Notes under the pieces: model-generated
Seen by the model: only the letters and a program-made list of their open reading frames with translations
Database searches by the model: none
What the model was told of the DNA's origin: nothing
IMG/VR virus record: IMGVR_UViG_3300040806_002667
Span: 1-36,508 of that record
Source: a virus
Lineage: Duplodnaviria > Caudoviricetes
Length of the DNA: 36,508 nt
Direction: 5' to 3' (one strand)
Translations under genes and position numbers: made by a program
In this document: piece by piece, positions 26,922 to 35,380 of the stretch
Numbering within the stretch: the first letter of the stretch is position 1
How the letters are laid out: each line of letters begins with the position of its first letter

Positions 26922-29456
26922 ATGGCTATCAAGATCACAGGACCAATTGGTCAGGGTGGAGCAGGCGGCGCGGTGACTTCGGTCAACGGAGCAACCGGAG
27001 CCGTTAACCTTTATGCAGACAACGCGACTTTAAACCTCGCTGGCGACGGGATCGTCGTCAATGGAGCGGGCGCGACGTCGACCCTCGACGTGGACAGCGG
27101 GACAACGGCGGGGAAAATCGTCAAGCTTGACGGTTCAGCTCGTCTCCCAGCGGTGGACGGATCACAGCTGACGAACCTTCCAAGCGCTCCCGTGACGAGC
27201 GTCAATGGCGCAACTGGAGCGGTCAACCTTTACGCGGACGATGCGACTCTCAATCTCGCCGGTGATGGGATCGTCGTCAGCGGAACAGGCGCGACTTCTA
27301 CCCTCGACGTGGACAGCGGAACGACAGCAAATAAGATCGTTAAGCTCGACGGGTCGGCCAGGTTGCCAGCGGTCGACGGTTCGCAATTAACGAATCTCCC
27401 AGCGGCGCCAGTGACGAGCGTCAACGGCGCGACCGGAGCGGTCAACATTTACGCCGATGATACGACGTTGAACATCGACGGAACCGGCCTAGTCTTGAGC
27501 GGAACCGGAGCGACCTCGACTCTCAACGCGGATGTCGGAACAGGGGCGAACCAGATCGTTCAGCTTGATGGGAGCTCGCGTCTCCCCGCTGTCGATGGTA
27601 GTCAGCTGACGAACCTTCCAAGCGCTCCAGTAACTTCGGTCAACGGCGCGACGGGCGCCGTGAATATCTACGCGGACGACACGACGCTAAACATCGACGG
27701 AACTGGTCTAGTCTTGAGCGGGACCGGCGCAACGTCGACTCTTAATGCGGACGTCGGGACAGGAGCGAATCAGCTCGTTCAGCTTGACGCCTCGTCTCGT
27801 CTTCCTGCTGTGGATGGCTCACAGCTGACCAACCTTCCGAGCGCTCCAGTGACGAGCGTCAACGGAGCGACCGGCGCGGTCAACATTTACGCCGATGATA
27901 CTACGTTGAACATCGACGGGACTGGCCTGGTCTTATCAGGCACTGGCGCAACGTCGACTCTTAATGCGGACGTCGGAACGGGGGCGAATCAACTTGTTCA
28001 ACTGGACGCGAGCTCACGCCTTCCAGCGGTGGACGGTTCACAGCTGACCAACCTCCCTAGCGCGCCAGTGACTTCAGTCAACGGCGCAACCGGCGCGGTC
28101 AATATCTACGCAGACGACACGACACTGAACATCGACGGGACTGGTCTGGTCTTATCAGGGACTGGCGCAACGTCGACTCTTAATGCTGACGTCGGGACGG
28201 GAGCGAACCAGATCGTTCAACTTGACGCGAGCTCACGCCTTCCAGCGGTTGATGGTAGCCAACTGACCAACCTTCCGAGCGCTCCAGTGACGAGCGTCAA
28301 CGGAGCGACCGGCGTCGTGAATATCTACGCTGATGATACGACGTTGAACATCGACGGAACCGGCCTAGTTTTGAGCGGAACCGGAGCGACCTCGACGCTT
28401 AATGCGGACGTCGGGACGGGCGCAAATCAGCTCGTTCAGCTTGACGCCTCGTCTCGTCTTCCCGCTGTCGATGGTAGTCAACTGACTAACCTTCCGTCGG
28501 CGCCAGTGACAAGCGTCAACGGTGCAACCGGAGCGGTTAATCTTTACGCGGACGACGCGACCTTAAATCTTGCCGGCGACGGGATCGTCGTCAGCGGAAC
28601 GGGCGCGACGTCGACCCTCGACGTGGACAGCGGAACGACAGCGAATAAGATCGTTAAGCTCGACGGCTCGGCGCGATTGCCTGCTGTCGACGGTTCACAG
28701 CTGACCAACCTCCCAGCGGCGCCAGTGACGAGCGTCAACGGGGCAACGGGAGTCGTGAATATCTACGCCGACGATAGCACCTTGAACATCGACGGGACTG
28801 GTCTGGTTCTAAGCGGGACCGGAGCGACCTCGACGCTTAATGCGGACGTCGGGACGGGAGCGAATCAGCTAGTTCAGCTTGACGCGAGCTCGCGTCTCCC
28901 AGCGGTCGACGGCTCACAGCTGACGAACCTGCCGTCGTCTCCAGTGACAAGCGTCAACGGTGCAACCGGAGCGGTCAACATTTACGCCGACGACACGACG
29001 TTGAACATCGACGGAACCGGCTTGACCCTTTCGGGAACTGGCGCGACCTCGACGCTCAATGTTGACGTCGGAACCGGAGCGAATCAGATAGTTCAGCTTG
29101 ACGGCTCTTCTCGTCTTCCAGCGGTCGACGGCTCACAGCTGACGAACCTTCCAGGCGCTTCTCGTCCGACAGTCACCACAGACTCAAGCGGAACGAATAG
29201 CACGATCAGCAATCCAGCGGCGGGAACCCTCGAAGATATTTATCTCGTCTCAAATGGCGCGAGCGCTGTTACGATCACGCTCCCCACTGTTACCGGAAAC
29301 AGCGGCTATAAGGTCAACATCAAGCGGCTAGGTACTGCAAACGTCACGATCTCACCCGCGAGCGGGACGATCGACGGGGCGGCTTCACAGGTTCTTTCTG
29401 TCCAGTATTCGGCCTATACGCTGACAACGGACGGAACGAACTGGCACATTATCTAG
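26922..29456 (+). CDS. Tail fibre with ten 73-aa repeats and a 97-aa C-terminal domain
   Basis: VTSVNGATGAV and LPAVDGSQLTNLP fibre motifs; C-terminal TITLP...TIDG...DGTNWHII. Confidence 0.85.
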   Translation: MAIKITGPIGQGGAGGAVTSVNGATGAVNLYADNATLNLAGDGIVVNGAGATSTLDVDSGTTAGKIVKLDGSARLPAVDGSQLTNLPSAPVTSVNGATGAVNLYADDATLNLAGDGIVVSGTGATSTLDVDSGTTANKIVKLDGSARLPAVDGSQLTNLPAAPVTSVNGATGAVNIYADDTTLNIDGTGLVLSGTGATSTLNADVGTGANQIVQLDGSSRLPAVDGSQLTNLPSAPVTSVNGATGAVNIYADDTTLNIDGTGLVLSGTGATSTLNADVGTGANQLVQLDASSRLPAVDGSQLTNLPSAPVTSVNGATGAVNIYADDTTLNIDGTGLVLSGTGATSTLNADVGTGANQLVQLDASSRLPAVDGSQLTNLPSAPVTSVNGATGAVNIYADDTTLNIDGTGLVLSGTGATSTLNADVGTGANQIVQLDASSRLPAVDGSQLTNLPSAPVTSVNGATGVVNIYADDTTLNIDGTGLVLSGTGATSTLNADVGTGANQLVQLDASSRLPAVDGSQLTNLPSAPVTSVNGATGAVNLYADDATLNLAGDGIVVSGTGATSTLDVDSGTTANKIVKLDGSARLPAVDGSQLTNLPAAPVTSVNGATGVVNIYADDSTLNIDGTGLVLSGTGATSTLNADVGTGANQLVQLDASSRLPAVDGSQLTNLPSSPVTSVNGATGAVNIYADDTTLNIDGTGLTLSGTGATSTLNVDVGTGANQIVQLDGSSRLPAVDGSQLTNLPGASRPTVTTDSSGTNSTISNPAAGTLEDIYLVSNGASAVTITLPTVTGNSGYKVNIKRLGTANVTISPASGTIDGAASQVLSVQYSAYTLTTDGTNWHII
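26973..29162 (+). repeat. Tandem array 10 x 219 bp, two unit types in order A A B B B B B A B B
   Basis: 17 + 10x73 + 97 = 844 aa; type A has NLAGDGIVV/DSGTTA, type B has NIDGTGLVL/DVGTGANQ. Confidence 0.93.
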
Positions 29457-29465
29457 GGGAGCATC

Positions 29466-29870
29466 ATGAGCTATACAGGAAAAGCACCATCACCCTGTTT
29501 GATTCAGGGGCTCTCTACGTCCGATGTGCAAGACACCTGGACAGACCCGCGCATCACCTATTCCTCGACGAATAACAAGGCAGAGCTGCCCTCCTATTAT
29601 AAGGCTGACTGGTGCTTAAGATCTTCGATTGATATGGAGCCCAGCACCGTCGACCGGTACTATTCGAATTATAAGCCATATCAGGGCGCGTCTAGATCAG
29701 AACACGCATTTGTTGAGAATTGGGAAGGCACAACCAATTTTTGCGGATCCGAGGCCTTAGTATGTGTTTTAAATTATATTGAGTACCGGATTCACAACGC
29801 CTATCAAACTGCGTCAGCACCGATCCGAGATTATCCTGGATACAGTACAATATGTGAGCTCTTCTTATGA
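29466..29870 (+). CDS. Fibre-associated protein 1 (lower GC)
   Basis: 134 aa, Tyr/Ser-rich, RBS GGGGAG, coupled to the next gene. Confidence 0.65.
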   Translation: MSYTGKAPSPCLIQGLSTSDVQDTWTDPRITYSSTNNKAELPSYYKADWCLRSSIDMEPSTVDRYYSNYKPYQGASRSEHAFVENWEGTTNFCGSEALVCVLNYIEYRIHNAYQTASAPIRDYPGYSTICELFL

Positions 29871-30322
29871 CTCACTTGACTTTTCAAACTGTAGACTTAG
29901 GCCTTGCCTGGTTCGCTCCCTCCTTCTCTGGGGTCCCTGCGTCAGGTGATTACTTTACGCTCACCGTAGGCGGCGTGAATAATCTCTCAATCACAGGTAG
30001 CGGCACATCGACTCTCTCTTTCCCCGCCGGCACCTATCTGTTTAGGGTCGTCGTGGGTGGCGAGCGCTCCACCGCTGCACAAAATAATACTGATTATATT
30101 TATTATCAGATCGAGGTGGGGGGCTCTCTAGTTGGTAATGAGAGCGGTTGGGACCGCTACCAAAACTCAACAAATCAGCGGGTCTCTTCAAATGTCGCTG
30201 AGGCTGTCTTTACGATCACCAGCGCGACCAATGTAAGAATCAAATGCATCGCGGCATCTGGCTCTTCTTTCACGCTCGACTCTGACCTATCGGGGGCCAT
30301 GGTGAGAGGAGATCAATCATGA
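29867..30322 (+). CDS. Fibre-associated protein 2, possible C1q/TNF-like beta sandwich
   Basis: TLSFPAGTYLFRVVV pattern; ATGA coupling. Confidence 0.6.
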   Translation: MTHLTFQTVDLGLAWFAPSFSGVPASGDYFTLTVGGVNNLSITGSGTSTLSFPAGTYLFRVVVGGERSTAAQNNTDYIYYQIEVGGSLVGNESGWDRYQNSTNQRVSSNVAEAVFTITSATNVRIKCIAASGSSFTLDSDLSGAMVRGDQS

Positions 30323-30852
30323 CCTTCATAGCTGAATCTAAGGTGAGCTCGGCCGCGTGTGCTCGATATTACGCTGCCGGTGATAATATCACGTTATCGG
30401 CTGGATACATCATCAAGCCTCAAAGCTCGACCACGTGGGGGGCCAGTGGAAACTGGACCTATAACTCAAGCACAGGATTATTTTCCCTCTCAAGTTCGCA
30501 TATCTATTTGATTGAAGCAGACCTATATGCGGGCCGAGTGATAGGTACAGCATCTAATGGGTCCGTGGTCACTATGCTGACGGATGGCACAGGCACAGAG
30601 TTAACCGATAGTTGTAGAGGGATTGGGATTTTCCTTTCTGCGCAGCGGTATTATGCCGATTTTCAGAAAGTCACAGACCAAACAAGCTACGCGGTAGTTG
30701 ACGGCTCTTCCGTCTCGTCATTTTATTGGAAGGTTGAATCCATTGAACTGGATGTGACGGGCAGTGTTCAGATGAACTATACCAACGGATCAGGCGGCAC
30801 ATCGTGGGGTCGCTCTGACTCGCGTCTGATTATTCGGGAGTATCCAGCATGA
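30319..30852 (+). CDS. Fibre-associated protein 3, possible C1q/TNF-like beta sandwich
   Basis: GNWTYNSSTGLFSL...IYLIEADL resembles the C1q YNxxTGxF...YxF motif. Confidence 0.6.
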   Translation: MTFIAESKVSSAACARYYAAGDNITLSAGYIIKPQSSTTWGASGNWTYNSSTGLFSLSSSHIYLIEADLYAGRVIGTASNGSVVTMLTDGTGTELTDSCRGIGIFLSAQRYYADFQKVTDQTSYAVVDGSSVSSFYWKVESIELDVTGSVQMNYTNGSGGTSWGRSDSRLIIREYPA

Positions 30853-31160
30853 CCGACCAGCAGACCTATGCCGCTATCGCGCTCTCTTTCCTGATCTCGT
30901 TCTTCGGCGGTCGAGCGTCGGTCTCATCCGTCGCTCACTCTGACGAGTGTCGTCCAGAGATCGAGGCAATCGAAGTCGCAGAGAAGCAGATCAGTGACCT
31001 AGAGACGGCGCTCGCTGGCGCGGAGGCGCGAGGGCTGAAGGCCTGCATCGCTCGCGAGCGGCGCTTGTGTCAGGGCCAGATCGAGGCGACCGAAGAGGCG
31101 GGGAGCGCGCTCGACTGCATTATCTGCCGCAAGCGCTGCACAGATGGGAGCATCCCATGA
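30849..31160 (+). CDS. Membrane-anchored coiled-coil protein, i-spanin-like
   Basis: N-terminal hydrophobic helix, coiled coil, six Cys. Confidence 0.45.
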   Translation: MTDQQTYAAIALSFLISFFGGRASVSSVAHSDECRPEIEAIEVAEKQISDLETALAGAEARGLKACIARERRLCQGQIEATEEAGSALDCIICRKRCTDGSIP

Positions 31161-31609
31161 TCCCCCAACTTGCTCTTGTCGGTCTCTTGGCTCAAGCGCC
31201 TATTGAGACCGATCACTCCTTCGGCGTCGTCGTCAAAGCGGCGGCGGAGCTCGGCCTCGACGAGGCTTTCCTCGATGCGGGGGAACCGGCGCCGCGACCA
31301 GGCTTCCTCCTCACGCGGAATCAGCTCGCGCGACTTCTCGGAGATGTGAGCACCGCGCCTAGTCGTTGTGAAGCTCGTCTCCGTGATCAGGGCTTATCAT
31401 ACGAAGAGAAGCTCCAGGCGAGCGCGCGTCGATGCGAAGAGCGTCTCGCTCCGATGGTCACTCGTATCGACGAGCTCCAGCGGATCGAGGATCGCCTTCA
31501 AGAAGAGCTCGCGACGGAGAAGAATCGCTTATACTGGTGGAAGGTGGGGACGCTCGGCGGCGCCGCTGCTATCGTCACCACCTTCACCCTCATCCTAGTG
31601 ATGGAGTAG
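31157..31609 (+). CDS. Exported coiled-coil protein with C-terminal TM helix, spanin-like
   Basis: ATGA start at 31157; hydrophobic N-terminus, GEPAPRPGFLL, coiled coil, C-terminal TM. Confidence 0.5.
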   Translation: MIPQLALVGLLAQAPIETDHSFGVVVKAAAELGLDEAFLDAGEPAPRPGFLLTRNQLARLLGDVSTAPSRCEARLRDQGLSYEEKLQASARRCEERLAPMVTRIDELQRIEDRLQEELATEKNRLYWWKVGTLGGAAAIVTTFTLILVME

Positions 31610-31613
31610 ACCC

Positions 31614-31862
31614 GTGGAAACGATGACGACAATCTCTCTTGGGAGCGGGATCGCTCTTGTCGCGATCCTCCTCCAAGTGATCAAATTCAAGACCGAGAGC
31701 GCCGCACAGATGGCGACGCTAGAGCAACGGGTCGTCTCGCTCGAGGCTCGCGCGAAGTCGGTCGACGCTGACCTGAAGGCGATCAGATCCGACCTCTCGG
31801 AGATCAAGGCTCTCTATATGAGGTTGGAAGGCTACTTGAAACGGACCCCTCCTCCCGCGTGA
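31614..31862 (+). CDS. Small TM plus coiled-coil protein (lysis-associated?)
   Basis: One N-terminal TM, then heptads; RBS GGAG. Confidence 0.6.
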   Translation: METMTTISLGSGIALVAILLQVIKFKTESAAQMATLEQRVVSLEARAKSVDADLKAIRSDLSEIKALYMRLEGYLKRTPPPA

Positions 31863-32181
31863 AGTGTACGAGCCAGGCTGGCCAGTCGATGACGGTCCAG
31901 TCCCATCGGCACCGATAGAGGAGCGCGCGGACTTGCTCGTCGATGCGATCCTCTCCGAAACTATGCCACTCCCTCCGGAGCTCCTCGACGCGGCGCTTCG
32001 CCTCTTGGAGCCGATACCAGATCTCTCTCCTGATGTGCTCCGGCGCTTCGTAGCACTCGACCTCTCGCTCTGTGAGTCGATCACGGTGAGCGGTGGCGAA
32101 GTCGAGTTCGCGAGATATCAGGCATAGGTGAGCCTCGCGAGTGATCGGGATCCACCAGATCCCGTCGACGTTAATCTTCAT
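31804..32181 (-). CDS. Hypothetical protein (125 aa), last gene of the leftward operon
   Basis: ATG at 32181 overlaps the upstream TGA (ATGA coupling). Confidence 0.55.
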   Translation of the reverse strand: MKINVDGIWWIPITREAHLCLISRELDFATAHRDRLTEREVECYEAPEHIRREIWYRLQEAKRRVEELRREWHSFGEDRIDEQVRALLYRCRWDWTVIDWPAWLVHFTREEGSVSSSLPTSYREP

Positions 32182-32429
32182 CCGCCGATGATCTCGGCGA
32201 GTCGCCAAGACTCTGCAAGCGCTGACTGACGCTTCCCTCTCTCGATCCACCATTCGAACGAGAGACCCTCTTTCGCGTCGATGAAGATCACTCCCTCGCC
32301 TTCGTCATCCTTGCCTGGATGGTTCCAAATTAAGGCGCTTATCCCATTCTCGGTTGAAAACCCGAAAGGGTCTTGAGACGCATAAAGCGACCGCAAAACC
32401 TTTCTGGAGACTTTGCCGTCTCTGTCCAT
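32178..32429 (-). CDS. Hypothetical protein
   Basis: TGATG coupling with the annealase gene. Confidence 0.6.
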   Translation of the reverse strand: MDRDGKVSRKVLRSLYASQDPFGFSTENGISALIWNHPGKDDEGEGVIFIDAKEGLSFEWWIERGKRQSALAESWRLAEIIGG

Positions 32430-33250
32430 CAAAGCTCTCCGAAGTTTAGTTCTTGTGAATCACCTAGAAGGTGAGGGTGAAGCGTAAAGAAGGGGGAATC
32501 AATGGAGAAGTGTTCATCGAGGATCGCCTCGACCTCGTCGCTCGTCGTCGGCGCCGCGATCTTCTTCCCTTGGAGATAGACCCGCGCGTCATCGTTGGGG
32601 ATCCCCATGTCAGCGAGTCGCTCGCGGAGCTCGTCGAGCGCGTTCTTCTTTGGCGCTGGCGCTGGCGCTGGTCGAGGCGGCGCGCTCTCTTCCGTCGGCG
32701 CGAGCTCGGGGACGTTGATGGTCTCCGCGACTTTGTCTTGATCGCGCGAGTCGAAGAACGCGGCCTCTTCGGTTGAATAGGTATTCGCACCGGAGTTCTG
32801 GCAGACGATATCTGGAAAGAGGACGCTCGCCACTTCAGTATGGAGACGAGCGGCGAGCATCCGCTCTGGATATTGCTTCCATGTGTTTGAGTTCGCCAGG
32901 TTCGCGCGGCGAGCTTGTTCGATCGTCCAACTGAAGGACATAGCCTTGAGCCCCTTCCGCTTCACTCGAAGCGAGACTCTCTCCGGCGTCCACGTTGTAT
33001 ATTCGAGCTCCTCGACCAGACCGGAGCCGAGGACATCAGCCCACTGAACTGTCGCGTGCTCCGATAGCTTATCACCTCTCATGAGGTGAACATTCTGTAC
33101 TGTTTGAGCCATGTTCCAGCCTCTCGGCTGACCAACGGCATAGTGAGCGAAGAGAATATCCGCTGGGCTCATCCCCTTCGCGAAACGTGAAGCGGAGAGC
33201 GCTTCCGCCATCGCCTTGTCTTGTGCGAGTTTCTCTGTGGTGATACTCAT
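32429..33250 (-). CDS. RecT/Red-beta-like single-strand annealing protein
   Basis: WTIEQARRANL...WKQYPERMLAAR...LFPD motif; Pro-rich linker and small C-terminal domain; RBS AAGGAG. Confidence 0.72.
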   Translation of the reverse strand: MSITTEKLAQDKAMAEALSASRFAKGMSPADILFAHYAVGQPRGWNMAQTVQNVHLMRGDKLSEHATVQWADVLGSGLVEELEYTTWTPERVSLRVKRKGLKAMSFSWTIEQARRANLANSNTWKQYPERMLAARLHTEVASVLFPDIVCQNSGANTYSTEEAAFFDSRDQDKVAETINVPELAPTEESAPPRPAPAPAPKKNALDELRERLADMGIPNDDARVYLQGKKIAAPTTSDEVEAILDEHFSIDSPFFTLHPHLLGDSQELNFGEL

Positions 33251-33309
33251 TGTTTTACTCCTTTGTCGGGGAGGCGTCTCGTGGTTATGGGGTCGCCTCC
33301 CCTACTTAT

Positions 33310-33510
33310 TTACAGGGGAAGAAGAAGACCGACGACGGTCGCGATGATGACGACGCCGACGACAAGAGCGCCAGCGATATGCTCGACAAGTGAGGGGTCA
33401 TTCTCGACCAGCGGAGCGGGACGGACCCACTCGTCTGTTGGGGTCTGGCTCCGAAGAGGTCGGAGATCTGTTGAGCAGAATGGGCCATTCTCTTCTTCGT
33501 AACGATTCAT
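33310..33510 (-). CDS. Small protein with C-terminal TM helix
   Basis: 66 aa, ATGA coupling, hydrophobic C-terminus. Confidence 0.55.
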   Translation of the reverse strand: MNRYEEENGPFCSTDLRPLRSQTPTDEWVRPAPLVENDPSLVEHIAGALVVGVVIIATVVGLLLPL

Positions 33511-33743
33511 GATGCACTCTCCTCAATGATCTCCGCGCAAGCGAAGCAAGTCAGGTTGTTGTTAGCGCCGACCTCGAGGTCGACCGGCCAAGCGCCGACG
33601 TGATCGCAGTTATGACACTCGCCATGTACGACGACCGCGAAGTCGTCACCGGCTGGATTAAATGGGAAGTTCTGTGAAGCGGCCTCGATCGCCTCGTCGG
33701 GCATCACCCAAGCGGGGAACGCGAAGAAAGTCTTAATGCTCAT
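33507..33743 (-). CDS. Small zinc-finger-like protein
   Basis: CHNC...CFAC. Confidence 0.55.
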   Translation of the reverse strand: MSIKTFFAFPAWVMPDEAIEAASQNFPFNPAGDDFAVVVHGECHNCDHVGAWPVDLEVGANNNLTCFACAEIIEESAS

Positions 33744-33903
33744 AGCGGGCGTTCTCCATCGCGATAGCAGCTCTCAAGAGCTTGCGGACAATTTGAGAGC
33801 GAGAGGTTTCCTCGCCAGCGGCGCGGCGCTTGGCCACGAAGGAGTCGAGGAGCGCGAGCGTCTCCGGATCGAAGTTGATTGAAACGAGCTTCTTGATGGC
33901 CAT
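33733..33903 (-). CDS. Ribbon-helix-helix (CopG/Arc-like) regulator, 56 aa, missing from the ORF track
   Basis: MAIKKLVSINFDPETLALLDSFVAKRRAAGEETSRSQIVRKLLRAAIAMENARYEH; RBS AAGGAGG. Confidence 0.8.
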   Translation of the reverse strand: MAIKKLVSINFDPETLALLDSFVAKRRAAGEETSRSQIVRKLLRAAIAMENARYEH

Positions 33904-33934
33904 CAGCGGGCCTCCTTTCTTGTTCTCAAACAGA

Positions 33935-33960
33935 TTGACTTACGCTTAACGGTATGTCAA
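33935..33960. promoter_or_regulatory. Palindromic operator / overlapping divergent promoters
   Basis: TTGACTTAC-N8-GTATGTCAA (8/9 arm match); TTGACT on + and TTGACA on -. Confidence 0.6.
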
Positions 33961-33992
33961 CAGTAAAAGAGGACGAGATGAAAGGAGGCAGG

Positions 33993-34526
33993 ATGGCTAG
34001 TCCGCCTTACGCTCCAGTCGAGGAGCATATAAGAGGAATCCTTCAAGACGTGCGCTTGAACCCGCTAGAGCGCTGCGCAGCAATCGAGCTCTATTATCAC
34101 ACTGACTGGAATACTCGACGGCTCAAGTGCCGAGGAGTGATCGCCGCGCATATCAGACGCACCATCGGTCGAGGGCAGACCGCAGCGAAGAAGACCAAGA
34201 AGAAGTTGGAAGAGCTCGGCTTCATCCAGGGGGACTACTTCGACGCGTCAGCTTGGGTCCGGTCAGAAGTGACTGGGCCGAAAACAGACCGGTCCGAAAA
34301 CAGACCGGTCCGAAAACAGACCGGTCCGAAAACGGACCACCCCCCGTCCGAAAACGGACCACCCCCCGTCCGAAAACAGACCACCCCCCGTCCGAAAACG
34401 GACCACAATACTTCTCTTACTTCTCCCTCTTCTCTTTCCCTCTCAAATCCAAGTCGACCCAAACAGCGCGCGAGCCAAGAAGAGGACCGCTTCGACGACT
34501 TCATGAACTTCCTTGAGAACTACTAA
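33993..34526 (+). CDS. Replication initiator (lambda O-like organisation)
   Basis: RBS AAGGAGG before ATG 33993; winged-helix-like N-terminus; intragenic iterons; upstream of loader and helicase. Confidence 0.7.
   Translation: MASPPYAPVEEHIRGILQDVRLNPLERCAAIELYYHTDWNTRRLKCRGVIAAHIRRTIGRGQTAAKKTKKKLEELGFIQGDYFDASAWVRSEVTGPKTDRSENRPVRKQTGPKTDHPPSENGPPPVRKQTTPRPKTDHNTSLTSPSSLSLSNPSRPKQRASQEEDRFDDFMNFLENY
34275..34404 (+). repeat. Replication origin iterons, 7 copies of (G)GTCCGAAAAC(A/G)GACC
   Basis: Units start at 34275, 34291, 34307, 34323, 34346, 34368, 34390; followed by a pyrimidine-rich tract to about 34445. Confidence 0.85.
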
Positions 34527-34537
34527 GGAGCCCGACG

Positions 34538-35380
34538 ATGAATCTGGATCTACAAAGAACACTCGACACCCTCAAAGCTCTCGCTAAGAACGCTCCGGAC
34601 AATCGGCCACCGTGTCCCGCTGTGGATGGAGTAGTTCCTAATTCTCGCTTGGTCGAGCAAGTGATCAGGGGAAAGGAGATCACCACGGTCGATCTTCTCC
34701 CTAACTGCAAGAGCGACTGTATTCGCTCCGAGAACGGCCTTCACTTCAAAGCTAACCAAGGATGCGCTCGCCTCTGTCCTTGCGGGAAAGCCAACCAGCG
34801 TCTCTCCTCGATCAAGGCTATGAAGCTGCCAGTCGAGGCAGCCGAAAAGAATCACGCGAACTATGACTGGAAGATCGAAGGTCAAGAGCTCGTCGGGAAA
34901 GTTGAATACTTCCTCAAGGCTCTCTCCGAGGGAGAGCGTAAAGTTCTTATCCTTGTCGGCGATCCAGGGACCGGCAAGACTCACCTTCTTTATGCGATGG
35001 CCTATCTCGCGGCGATCTCTCAAGGCGGATCGATGCGGGTGAACTATATCTCCCAACCTCACTATCTCTCTAAGGTCAAGGCGGGCTTTGACGATCCGCA
35101 TAAGCGGGTCGAGCGCGTCACCGGCTCAAGAGCTCTCTTCCTCGATGAGATCGGCTATGGGCGCCAGACCGACTGGGAGAAGGCAACCATCAACGAACTC
35201 CTCCACCATGCCTGGCAATCTGGACAAGCGCTCGTCCTCGCCACTGATATCGGATGGGAGCGCTTAGGCTCTTTCCTCGATAGACGGATCAAGGACCGAC
35301 TCATCGAAGGGACAGAAGGAAAGCGCTTAGTTCATCACTTCACCGGCAAGAGCCAGCGCTCGAAGGGTGTGCAGTGGTGA
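34538..35380 (+). CDS. DnaC/IstB-like AAA+ helicase loader
   Basis: Cys cluster, GDPGTGKTHL Walker A, LFLDEIG Walker B, RIKDRL. Confidence 0.88.
   Translation: MNLDLQRTLDTLKALAKNAPDNRPPCPAVDGVVPNSRLVEQVIRGKEITTVDLLPNCKSDCIRSENGLHFKANQGCARLCPCGKANQRLSSIKAMKLPVEAAEKNHANYDWKIEGQELVGKVEYFLKALSEGERKVLILVGDPGTGKTHLLYAMAYLAAISQGGSMRVNYISQPHYLSKVKAGFDDPHKRVERVTGSRALFLDEIGYGRQTDWEKATINELLHHAWQSGQALVLATDIGWERLGSFLDRRIKDRLIEGTEGKRLVHHFTGKSQRSKGVQW

Noticed and set aside
26922-30852. Diversity-generating retroelement acting on the fibre
   Set aside because: No reverse transcriptase; differences between repeats are synonymous and not adenine-specific
31864-32127. 87-aa plus-strand ORF
   Set aside because: Fully antisense to a translationally coupled minus-strand gene (31804-32181); cannot be wholly excluded
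34275-34404. Possible CRISPR array
   Set aside because: No unique spacers, units of 16-22 bp, inside a CDS, no cas genes; fits iterons
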